Positions 56,003-64,000 of a DNA stretch of 64,000 bases are shown in pieces; the first letter of the stretch is position 1, and the number at the start of each line of letters is the position of its first letter. The notes below the pieces were generated by a model. It searched no databases and was not told the DNA's origin. It worked only from the letters and a program-made list of their open reading frames with translations. Both the position numbers and the translations under genes were made by a program. The DNA is from a virus. The stretch spans positions 32,001 through 96,000 of the IMG/VR virus record IMGVR_UViG_3300049929_000026. One strand, given 5' to 3'.

Positions 56003-58812
56003 TAAGCGGACCGACGAATCGACTTCTTGTCGAGGTATGCCTGCGCGATTTTCTTCATTCGGTCCAGGTCGACTTCTTGAGGCAGATCGTTGCCGACTTT
56101 CAGATCTCGTACGCCTTCAAGCTGCGCGCGCTTGATTCCCAAAATGTCGCTGATCACCGGATCGGATCCCTCGTCGGCGAGTAGGAAATAGGAGAACACG
56201 GGAAGCAGCTGGCCATCGCGGTGAATCCTGGTGTCGTTCTGCTCATGGATCCCAGGGCTATAGTCGAGCTCAGCGGACACGACGTTATTGCAGACGTGCT
56301 GAAGCCCGTCGAGCCCCTCACCGGAACGCAGGCTCATGATCAGGATCTTGGTTTCGCCTGCGATAAAGCGCCGCTTGGACTCCTCCTTCTCTTTGACCGA
56401 TTCGAGTCCCGTGTAGAAAGCGGGAGCGAAGTCCTTCAGCTTATCGCGCAGCACGTCATACACGGCGTGATGCCACGCGAAGCACACAACTGACTCGCCG
56501 CCCTCCACCAGCATCCTCAGGAACTCCGCCACATACGGCGCCTTCGCCAGCCCCGTAGATTGGCGCAACAGATTGTCGAGCTTGCCTGCGGCCTGCATGC
56601 GCGCACCCTTCGACATCTCACCCTTCGCGAGAATCGTGCGCGCCAAAGCCGTGGCTTGACCATCGACAGCATCGAGCACCTTTTGATCGAAATCGATGTA
56701 GTGCGGGATCCGCGTAAGCGCGGGCAACTGACGTCCGACGTCTTCCTTCGTGCGCCGAATCATCAATCCGGAATCGCGCAGGTACGAGCCCATCGCCTCA
56801 GGTGATTTGAGTTTCAGTTTGCCGGGCTTGTCGGCGTCTCCGGTGCAGTGCTCCTGCTTGAATTCGCTGAGCAGTCCGAGCGCGCCAGGGCGAATGAATT
56901 CCATCACGTTCCAGAGCTCGCCGCCGAGATTTAGAAATGGAGTTCCGGAGAGGCCGATTCGGAACTGAACCCGGCGGGATATTTTCATCGCGGCCTTGCC
57001 CTTATTGGTGTCCTCGCCATTTCTAAATTCGTGAACCTCGTCATAGACGACGCTCCCTAACTTCACGAGTTGTGCCTGTCCGGCGAGCTTTTCGTTTCCA
57101 GAGAGATAGTCGCCCCATCCTGGGATCTTCGAATAGCTCGTGATGATCACATCAGGCAGAACGCCGCCGCATTGTTTCGCGATGTCATATGGACGCGTTC
57201 CTCTCAAAATGTGCGTCGACATGCGCGGCAAGAACTTGCGAAGCTCCGCTTGCCACTGCGATGGCAGGGCAGTCTTCGTCACCACGAGCGCGGGGCGTGT
57301 TCGCGGGTCGGTCAAAGCACAGGCGGCAGAGATCGTGTTGTGCGTCGCGAGATACCCGTCTGTCAGATATAGATGACGTTTTGAGCTGACCCGGATACAT
57401 TGGACTGGTTTAATCCCCGCAGGTTCGACTGTTTTGATAGCGCGGGCCATCAACGGCATACGCCATCGCTCAGCCTTGCGTTTGAGAGCGAATGGGCAAA
57501 TCGGTATACGGATATGTACCGTATATGAGAGACGCCCCTGACGGCGCTCCCCAAGATGTTCGTAATTAGTGTGTCGGCTGTACAACGACGCGAACCCACC
57601 TAATGTACCAACAAGATCTTGTACGCCCTCCGCCAATGGCAAAGAGGTCGATGTGAACGTGACGGTACCGCTCGTTCCACATGTGCCATCCGTGTCCATC
57701 AGCCCCTTGAGTAGAGCCAAACGATCGCTCACTGCGGCGCACAGGTACTCATGCGGGATAGTCTTTTCCCACGAGCGCTTCCCAGCCAGCCCTAACGCGC
57801 GCAACGCTTCTATCAGCGCGTTTTTTTGTCCACCGCGATTCCCGCTGGTAATGTTGTAGTCGAAATTGGACCCGCAAACGGGATGTAGCCATAGCCCGGG
57901 CGGAAGCGCAGATATCACATGATCAAGAATTTCTTGATCAGCAGATGATATTGCAACTCCTGCCTGCTTTAGATGCCCATCTCCCAAGAGAACCCCGAGC
58001 AGATACGCTGGTATCGGCAATGGGGGCGCCGGGGCAAACGTGACCGGCTTGGATATTGGCAGGAAGTACTTCGAGTTGACCCTCCCTTTGCCCATGTCGG
58101 TATTCAAGGACTTGCGGATCTCTGAGAGCGGCAATGTCCTGCTCTTACCGGTATATCGGTCTTGCGCAGTGTGGACGGTCCATAGATGCTCATCGCAGCA
58201 TTCTGCGGATGCTCCGTCGGCTGTTGTAACACGAAACACGGGGCGATCTCCTTGTGGAAATATCGCTTCGACGAATGCCGTGCCGCCGTCCGGATCGCTG
58301 ATTTCATCGCCCACGGCGAGCTCGCCCATTTTCCTCCAACCATATGGAGTGAGAACCACTGCGTCTAATGGCTGAGCCTTGCCCAGGCCCATCTGGTCGC
58401 CGATGAGCACCCCACCTGTCCGCAGCGCGAGCTCCGCTGCCACCTTCTGGTAGTCGCGTGGCGGCAACGCGAGTTTGAATTCTTGCGGTTTACGCGCTGG
58501 GTCCCCGATAATTTGGTGGACCGCAAATTCCGCTTCGCGGTGTTCATTCGCGCGTCGCGCAAGCCGGATCTCGCTCTCCTTATCGACGTAGTCGAACGGG
58601 AACCGTGATTGAAACCACTCGATGTCCCGTGACACCTCAGGCGTGTCCATGATGCAGATGATCTCGCGCGTCTTTCCCGCTTGGTATCGCGGCTTCGACA
58701 TTCGCGGGAACACGCGACGCATGCGCAATAACACGTGTGGATCGCACTCAATGATCCAAGAACCATGGTGGTACTTTAGCGTCCCGTAGGTTTTGATCTC
58801 TTCTTTGCTCAC
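56002..58812 (-). CDS. SNF2-family helicase with intein
   Basis: GDQMGLGK/T split by the intein, VYDEVH, LSGTP, GEGLDGLQ, RIHRDGQ. Confidence 0.93.
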   Translation of the reverse strand: MSKEEIKTYGTLKYHHGSWIIECDPHVLLRMRRVFPRMSKPRYQAGKTREIICIMDTPEVSRDIEWFQSRFPFDYVDKESEIRLARRANEHREAEFAVHQIIGDPARKPQEFKLALPPRDYQKVAAELALRTGGVLIGDQMGLGKAQPLDAVVLTPYGWRKMGELAVGDEISDPDGGTAFVEAIFPQGDRPVFRVTTADGASAECCDEHLWTVHTAQDRYTGKSRTLPLSEIRKSLNTDMGKGRVNSKYFLPISKPVTFAPAPPLPIPAYLLGVLLGDGHLKQAGVAISSADQEILDHVISALPPGLWLHPVCGSNFDYNITSGNRGGQKNALIEALRALGLAGKRSWEKTIPHEYLCAAVSDRLALLKGLMDTDGTCGTSGTVTFTSTSLPLAEGVQDLVGTLGGFASLYSRHTNYEHLGERRQGRLSYTVHIRIPICPFALKRKAERWRMPLMARAIKTVEPAGIKPVQCIRVSSKRHLYLTDGYLATHNTISAACALTDPRTRPALVVTKTALPSQWQAELRKFLPRMSTHILRGTRPYDIAKQCGGVLPDVIITSYSKIPGWGDYLSGNEKLAGQAQLVKLGSVVYDEVHEFRNGEDTNKGKAAMKISRRVQFRIGLSGTPFLNLGGELWNVMEFIRPGALGLLSEFKQEHCTGDADKPGKLKLKSPEAMGSYLRDSGLMIRRTKEDVGRQLPALTRIPHYIDFDQKVLDAVDGQATALARTILAKGEMSKGARMQAAGKLDNLLRQSTGLAKAPYVAEFLRMLVEGGESVVCFAWHHAVYDVLRDKLKDFAPAFYTGLESVKEKEESKRRFIAGETKILIMSLRSGEGLDGLQHVCNNVVSAELDYSPGIHEQNDTRIHRDGQLLPVFSYFLLADEGSDPVISDILGIKRAQLEGVRDLKVGNDLPQEVDLDRMKKIAQAYLDKKSIRRSA
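57337..58377 (-). mobile_element. Class 3-type intein (347 aa) with LAGLIDADG endonuclease
   Basis: Starts Ala (AQPLD), ends THN/T; HLW, VQCIRV and THN give the W-C-T triad; LLGVLLGDG and LLKGLMDTDG. Confidence 0.9.
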
Positions 58813-59174
58813 ACGATACCCGGAAGGATGACGGCCGCCCGCAACGGCTTTCCGTTCAGCTCGAGCGGCACTCTGGCCAGCGTACTTTTGGTAGTAACGA
58901 GTACGAGCGCTGAGATCCGCTCGTGCTTGGCATAACGCTCAAGCTGCCGAATCACGGCGCCGACCCCGCCCGCTACCTTTACTTCAATGCCAACGGCGCC
59001 GACAAGGAAGTCGATGCGGTCCTTTGGCGAAAGCGTGACCTCCCGCAGGTGCTCGACCCCCTCGCGCTTCAGCAGAGCCTCGATCGCCGCCTGCACGCGA
59101 TACTCCTCACCGAGTCCGCGCAGCGACCGCTCGAACAGTAGGCAGAGTTCGTGAGCTGCCGGTGCCGCACTCAC
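58809..59174 (-). CDS. PD-(D/E)XK nuclease-like protein
   Basis: E..VQ..REV..DRIDFLV...GIEVK..QLERY. Confidence 0.75.
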   Translation of the reverse strand: MSAAPAAHELCLLFERSLRGLGEEYRVQAAIEALLKREGVEHLREVTLSPKDRIDFLVGAVGIEVKVAGGVGAVIRQLERYAKHERISALVLVTTKSTLARVPLELNGKPLRAAVILPGIV

Positions 59175-59386
59175 TTCGCGTTCCCATTTCCATCACACGC
59201 CGGGCACTTGGCACAATGGGCGTGGTTCACCGCCAATATTTCCGCGTCGAGTGCCGCATAGGCCTCGCTCAGTTCTTTCACCGCCGCGAAGACGCGATGA
59301 CGCGCCTGCATCAGCCGCCAATCGCGGCCGTGAATCTGCTCCTGGAGCTCGTCGCTAAACTTAATCGGTGGGCCGAAACGCTCCAT
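59171..59386 (-). CDS. Small hypothetical protein
   Basis: 71 aa; CAKCPAC; coupled. Confidence 0.55.
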   Translation of the reverse strand: MERFGPPIKFSDELQEQIHGRDWRLMQARHRVFAAVKELSEAYAALDAEILAVNHAHCAKCPACDGNGNAK

Positions 59387-59611
59387 CTAGATCCCTTTCT
59401 CAAAAGTTCGCTTCACCATCCGCCAGCGCCGCATCCTCAGAATCTCCACTCCGCCCAGCGTGGCCCGCGCGGCCGTATGCAGGCCCAACAGCTCGGCCAG
59501 GTGGTGCTGGACGTCGTCCTCCGGGGTCTCGGGTTTCAGGCGGCCATGACGTGCCCAGGGTGGGTTGCCGCCTCCGAGTGGCCTGGGGCCCGGCACTTCA
59601 ACGATCCACAT
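59387..59611 (-). CDS. Small hypothetical protein
   Basis: GGAGG RBS; abuts next gene. Confidence 0.45.
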   Translation of the reverse strand: MWIVEVPGPRPLGGGNPPWARHGRLKPETPEDDVQHHLAELLGLHTAARATLGGVEILRMRRWRMVKRTFEKGI

Positions 59612-59767
59612 TGATGTTCCTCCGCTTCGCTTCCTCGATCACCTCAAGCGCAGCGGCCTCGTATTCGTCGCGTCGACGCTGAGGGAGAGAGCGCCACAGG
59701 TCGTAGCTCGGCTCGCGTTCAATCTCACCGGCGCGGAGCTGTCGGAACAAGTGCTCACCGAGAGTCA

Positions 59768-60148
59768 TCAATCTGTGAACTCCCAGGCAATTTCGTCCTC
59801 GCGCCGCGCCGTGCGCCGCCGTTCTTCCCGCGCTTTGTCGGCCGCGTCTTCAGCCACCCTGAAGGCCAGCCAACTCGCGTGTTCCTCCGTCTTCTCGGCT
59901 TCGTACGGGGCGCGGATCTCAGCTTCAAGATCGGCGAATGCTTGCGCCAGTCTAACACCTGATTCGGCGGAGAGCACGTTGGTCCATTCGCCAGTCGCGA
60001 CCCAGAGCCTGACGTGCTGCGGCGTGTGAATATCATCCCAATCCAACCCGAACGAGAGGTGCTTCCAGGCGCGAGCCCGGTGCCGTTGTTCAACTGAAGT
60101 GGTCAATTGACCGCCTATTTCTCCACCCGACACTGTGGGCAGTCGCAC
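59768..60148 (-). CDS. Hypothetical protein (start uncertain)
   Basis: ORF in early-gene run. Confidence 0.5.
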   Translation of the reverse strand: MRLPTVSGGEIGGQLTTSVEQRHRARAWKHLSFGLDWDDIHTPQHVRLWVATGEWTNVLSAESGVRLAQAFADLEAEIRAPYEAEKTEEHASWLAFRVAEDAADKAREERRRTARREDEIAWEFTD

Positions 60149-60372
60149 ACAGTGTCAATCTCGACCGCTGCGGATGCCGCGCGAAGGCCGATTTGATAAC
60201 CGCTCTGGAAGGCAACGCGCTCGGGCTCTCGGCCAGCGGCGTCTCGCTCGCGCAATGCACGGCGAAGTTCCGAGCACATCTCACGCGCGGCAAGCAGCCT
60301 TCGGCGATAACCTGCAGCGCCGAGAGCGCACGCCGTGCCGTAGAGGACGAAGAACCAATCAGCCGCGGTCAA
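60115..60372 (-). CDS. Small membrane-anchored protein
   Basis: N-terminal TM; CDCPQC. Confidence 0.55.
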   Translation of the reverse strand: MTAADWFFVLYGTACALGAAGYRRRLLAAREMCSELRRALRERDAAGREPERVAFQSGYQIGLRAASAAVEIDTVCDCPQCRVEK

Positions 60373-60650
60373 AACGCCACCGGTACCACTAGTGTCCGCT
60401 TTAGCGGCAAATACTGGATGTGCTCGTCGTTGCTCAGTCCCGTAAAAGTCGCAGCCAAAAGGACAGGACCGTCGATATATATCTTACTGACGCAGTCGGC
60501 CCACTGAGTTGGCGGAGCGAGGTTCACGATCCTGATGTTCAGAAAACTGAGTGACGCGCCTGGGCCAAGGAACGAGTACGCCACGCTGGTCACTGCCATC
60601 GCAGGGACGAACAGCGCTCCAAGCCTGAGAAAGTCGCGGCGGGTAGTCAT
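60369..60650 (-). CDS. Small protein with twin-arginine-like signal
   Basis: MTTRRDFLRLGALFVPAMAVTSVAYS; ATGA overlap. Confidence 0.6.
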   Translation of the reverse strand: MTTRRDFLRLGALFVPAMAVTSVAYSFLGPGASLSFLNIRIVNLAPPTQWADCVSKIYIDGPVLLAATFTGLSNDEHIQYLPLKRTLVVPVAF

Positions 60651-61048
60651 TCGTTTTTCCAGTCCAGTTTGGTCCATCGCCAAGTGCCATCCGGCAGCAG
60701 CACGCCCTCTGCCCTTGCGCCTGACGCCGTGACGAACTTCCCGGTCGTGACCGGTACGCCTGGTAGCACGTGGAGCTTCGGTCCGAGTGGCGATCCGTGC
60801 TTCACCCAGTCGGCATGCGCGGCTTCATAGTCGGCTCGCAATGCTCGCATCTCTTCGGCGGAGCGGTCGATGTAGTCGCCATTCTCGTCGCAGTACCAAT
60901 CCTCCGGAGGCATCGGCTCTCGTTCGTAGAACTCGCAGAGGGTGTTGCCGCTGTCGGTGTCGATCTCAAACTTCGGCAGGAATGCTTCGCCCGTTTCGGG
61001 GTGAGGCTGCTTCGGTAGGTGCCGATCAATCATGGACTGGATGCTCAT
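60647..61048 (-). CDS. Hypothetical protein
   Basis: 133 aa; coupled overlaps. Confidence 0.6.
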   Translation of the reverse strand: MSIQSMIDRHLPKQPHPETGEAFLPKFEIDTDSGNTLCEFYEREPMPPEDWYCDENGDYIDRSAEEMRALRADYEAAHADWVKHGSPLGPKLHVLPGVPVTTGKFVTASGARAEGVLLPDGTWRWTKLDWKNE

Positions 61049-61368
61049 TTTGTCGCCTCGACAGGTATCGATTTCGCCATCCGCATCGCCCTAACAGCCG
61101 CATCGGCGTGGCCGGCTGCCCACTGCCGAAGCGGCTCCTCATCCCATACGAACGTTGCCTGCGTCAGCAATAGGTAGGCGTTGGCGAACGCTGCCGCCCA
61201 AACAGCTCGCTCGGTCTCACCATCTCGTAGGTCCGGTGTCCCGCGGCGCTCCGCATCTCGAATGGCATCAGCGAGCGCAGCCGTCATCTCGTTTTTGTTG
61301 AACCCGTCCCATGCCCGCATGAGACATGTCGCGCGCTCGTACCATGTTGGCGAGTTGGGATTGCTCAT
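61045..61368 (-). CDS. Hypothetical protein
   Basis: Start MSNPN by ATGA overlap. Confidence 0.6.
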   Translation of the reverse strand: MSNPNSPTWYERATCLMRAWDGFNKNEMTAALADAIRDAERRGTPDLRDGETERAVWAAAFANAYLLLTQATFVWDEEPLRQWAAGHADAAVRAMRMAKSIPVEATK

Positions 61369-61589
61369 TCGTTGATCTTCCCGATCCGCACGCCATATTT
61401 GCTCCAGTCGAGCTTCACGAGTCTCCGCACGCCATCGTGGTTTTCCACGACCGTATAGCCAGGAGGCGGAGTGAGCTCGAACTTGCCGGCTACTAGTTTC
61501 GCCGTCCAGCCAGCTACACCTGACGCCTGGTCGTATTGTGCCGCGACCTGCGCCTCCGTGATTACGCCAAACTCCGGGCGCATCGTCAT
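61365..61589 (-). CDS. Hypothetical protein
   Basis: Coupled; GVAGW..PPPG motif. Confidence 0.6.
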   Translation of the reverse strand: MTMRPEFGVITEAQVAAQYDQASGVAGWTAKLVAGKFELTPPPGYTVVENHDGVRRLVKLDWSKYGVRIGKINE

Positions 61590-61828
61590 TCGGTCCCCGC
61601 ATCTGGTTCGCGATCGTACTTGCTCGGCCCGGGATCGGCGATTGGAACGGCTACTCCCGCGCGATCAAAACCGACCGCGTGACGAACTTCGGCGAGCCGC
61701 TCTTCAACGCTCACCTGCCACTCTTCGAATGCCTGAAGTGCGTCATCCACCTCGACCCTATAGAAGTCCATTTGGTTGGCTTTCGCTCGTTCGCTAGCCA
61801 GCCGGTGGGCTCGTTCGCTGATTTTCAC
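61586..61828 (-). CDS. Hypothetical protein
   Basis: Coupled overlaps. Confidence 0.6.
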   Translation of the reverse strand: MKISERAHRLASERAKANQMDFYRVEVDDALQAFEEWQVSVEERLAEVRHAVGFDRAGVAVPIADPGPSKYDREPDAGTE

Positions 61829-62745
61829 GGCTCATCCTCTCCACTGCACTCCCAGGGGTGCGCCCTCGCCAGCTCTCGACTCGAAGCTGTGCTTCTCGGC
61901 CTCTCCCTCGCGTCAGCGCGGAGCATGCGGGCGCGGGCTTCGGCTTGTCCGCGCTGATTGTCGGTAAGGCGTCGAACATCGTCCTCGCTCAGCCCGTATT
62001 CACGGTGCGCACAGTAGGCGCAGCAGTCGAGCGGGCCAGGAGCCGTTGGGCTTGAGCAATCTCGGCAGGTCGGCGAATCAAGCCGCGCTTCCTTCAAAAG
62101 GCCACCGACAACACCGGCTAGCGTCGACCCTTCGCCCCACGCCTTGTCCGCGTCAGCCTGCGTGTGGATTGGTGTGATGTCAGCCCCTTCCTGGATCGGC
62201 ACGGTGCTCCAGTCGATATCGGAAGCGAACGTGACCTGCACATAACCGGCACGGTCGCTCCACCACTCACCCAGATACACTGGGCGCCCATCAATCGTTC
62301 TTGACAGCACGGCCTGGTGATTCAATGCACAATAGCCAGCTGCCATGACTCCCGCCGGCAGCGTCTCCGGCAACACCGCAGGCTGGGATCCATAGAACTT
62401 AGGGCTACGCGCAACGGTCGGAGCGGCGTTCGACTTGATCACCGCTGCGACGTTGCATGCAATCGCTCCCGGAGAATCGCCCGCGCAGATTGCGACTCGA
62501 ATTTTTGATCCCGATGGTGTAAGCGGCGTGTCAATCCAGCCGAATCGGTTTCCTCGGTGTTGTGCCTCATGATGACCATCGTGCCCTGTGCTACGGCAAC
62601 AGCGCTCGCCATCTAGCGTGCTCCGGCAGCCAGCAATGGCCTCGCCATCGCCGATGCGCAGCTCTTTGTTGACGTCGGACGTATCCATTGCCTCGATACG
62701 GCGCCCGCCAACGTAGAGCTCGAAGTTTCTTGGGTTGATGCTCAT
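61825..62745 (-). CDS. Hypothetical protein with Cys/His clusters
   Basis: C..GHDGHH and CRDC..CAYC; AGGAG RBS. Confidence 0.65.
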   Translation of the reverse strand: MSINPRNFELYVGGRRIEAMDTSDVNKELRIGDGEAIAGCRSTLDGERCCRSTGHDGHHEAQHRGNRFGWIDTPLTPSGSKIRVAICAGDSPGAIACNVAAVIKSNAAPTVARSPKFYGSQPAVLPETLPAGVMAAGYCALNHQAVLSRTIDGRPVYLGEWWSDRAGYVQVTFASDIDWSTVPIQEGADITPIHTQADADKAWGEGSTLAGVVGGLLKEARLDSPTCRDCSSPTAPGPLDCCAYCAHREYGLSEDDVRRLTDNQRGQAEARARMLRADARERPRSTASSRELARAHPWECSGEDEP

Positions 62746-63116
62746 CGAAGACTCCTAGGTATGCGCACGCCGTACGCCGAGTAAATGATCTTCATCGTGT
62801 CAGTTATGCTACGACATGCAGGCCTGTCCGCGAGGCCCGCACACCGCACAAGATGCCGCCGTAATTCTTTACGCCAGCGAGCTCCGCCCTTCTTCTGCCG
62901 GCGTGTATGGCGCGACAGCTGGTCTAACAGCTTTTGCATTGCCCCCATGTCTTCTGCGGTGAATTGAACGGGGACCGTGAAGGTGATTGGCTTCGCCGAA
63001 AGAATCCCGTACTTCCCGAGCGGCTTTAGGCCTTCAGTTCCGATTTGGAAATTCGCGGCCGGAATGCGCTCGCCGTTGAAGTAGAGCGCCATGTCGCCCG
63101 GTTGATAGATGCTCAT
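62742..63116 (-). CDS. Hypothetical protein
   Basis: Start MSIYQ by ATGA overlap. Confidence 0.6.
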   Translation of the reverse strand: MSIYQPGDMALYFNGERIPAANFQIGTEGLKPLGKYGILSAKPITFTVPVQFTAEDMGAMQKLLDQLSRHTRRQKKGGARWRKELRRHLVRCAGLADRPACRSITDTMKIIYSAYGVRIPRSLR

Positions 63117-63520
63117 CGTCGGGTCTCGTTGACTTGGATGCCTATCTGATGTCGCAGCTTTAGCCATCCGGCTGGCGGCCTAAGTACCCAATCAGCGCCG
63201 TCGATCTCCACGTCCCAACCGGGCGGCGGCATGATGCGCATCTGGTTTTGGACCAACTGCACCGCCCATCCTGCGACACCGGTCCGGCGAACAAGGAAAG
63301 CCTCAACCAGTGACGGGTAAGCGAAGCCCGCTGGGGGCGCTGCGGCGCCAGGCTTGGGATTTTCGCAGACGCGCGGGTGATTGCGTTCAAAGTCCCCGAA
63401 GATGCTCGCCATGCTTGTGCGGATCAATTCTTCGCGCTCGGCGCGCTCTGCGATTTCTCCGTCGGCTAAGCCGCCGCTTTTCCCGCATGCCGCATCGAGC
63501 AAGTCACCTATGGTCTTCAT
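63113..63520 (-). CDS. Hypothetical protein
   Basis: Coupled; GVAGW..PPPG motif. Confidence 0.6.
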   Translation of the reverse strand: MKTIGDLLDAACGKSGGLADGEIAERAEREELIRTSMASIFGDFERNHPRVCENPKPGAAAPPAGFAYPSLVEAFLVRRTGVAGWAVQLVQNQMRIMPPPGWDVEIDGADWVLRPPAGWLKLRHQIGIQVNETRR

Positions 63521-63750
63521 GCGCACGTCTCCAGCACGATTCGGATCGTTCCAGGCGGGACGTCCGTCGCACGTCGGGTTACGATCTCATGCGCGACGCA
63601 GATTGGAAGGCCGTCATGCACAGCGGTTTCGATCATGTAGGCGACGTGTGCAGCGGAACCGCCGGTGTCGTAGTAGGGACTGCGCTGAATTGGACGAGCC
63701 GTCCGCCAGAGTGTGAAGCGGTGCCATTGCTTTCGCAGCCAGCGAATCAC
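63517..63750 (-). CDS. Hypothetical protein
   Basis: GGAGG RBS; coupled. Confidence 0.55.
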   Translation of the reverse strand: MIRWLRKQWHRFTLWRTARPIQRSPYYDTGGSAAHVAYMIETAVHDGLPICVAHEIVTRRATDVPPGTIRIVLETCA

Positions 63751-64000
63751 GTGGCCTCCGAGGCGGTGAGTTGCGCAGCCGCCAAGCGCTGGCGCCGGCT
63801 GCTGTCTCCGCCGTTGTCAGGCCGCGCCGCAGCGACCTGCCTGAGCATACTGCCTCGCTCCTCGTCACTGGCGGCCTTCACAAGCCGGCAGTGCGTGGCT
63901 TTCGCTGTCGTCTCTGGCCATCCTGCGGGCAGGACGTCGTTCCCCCGCTGGTCGCAAGCCAGCATCTCTCCCGATGGTGCATGTAGGATGTGATCACCTG

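Larger units (their letters stand above)
40795..60114. repeat. Dispersed 16-bp palindrome GYKGTCA-NN-TGACMRC, eight copies
   Basis: Starts at 40795, 47153, 49735, 50986, 53708, 55391, 55987, 60099. Confidence 0.85.

Noticed and set aside
1-64000. tRNA, rRNA, integrase or att sites
   Set aside because: None recognised by eye; prophage versus free phage cannot be decided from this window

Overview
The window is part of a high-GC contractile-tailed (myovirus-like) phage or prophage, almost all encoded on the minus strand. Gly/Ala-rich lipoproteins suggest a myxobacterial host, but that is only inference. Reading right to left: small early genes; a PD-(D/E)XK nuclease and an SNF2 helicase carrying an Ala1 class-3-type LAGLIDADG intein; an HNH-AP2 gene; an IS1595 remnant; an orphan Panacea antitoxin; then a compact type V CRISPR-like locus. 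That locus has a structured tracrRNA-like RNA with a 13-nt anti-repeat, a 541-aa Cas12f1-like protein whose RuvC-I Asp is replaced by Asn, two 36-nt repeats around one 35-nt spacer, a protein gene, and a third degenerate repeat. Next come terminase, portal, scaffold, capsid, Mu-like sheath/tube/tape measure/baseplate, tail fibres, and a lysis/accessory region (papain-like protease, FliA-like sigma factor, GH25 endolysin, HNH genes). Non-coding patterns include eight copies of a 16-bp palindrome (GYKGTCA-NN-TGACMRC) and five copies of a covarying hairpin leader in front of antisense genes. All calls come from reading the sequence and remembered family motifs; no searches were run.
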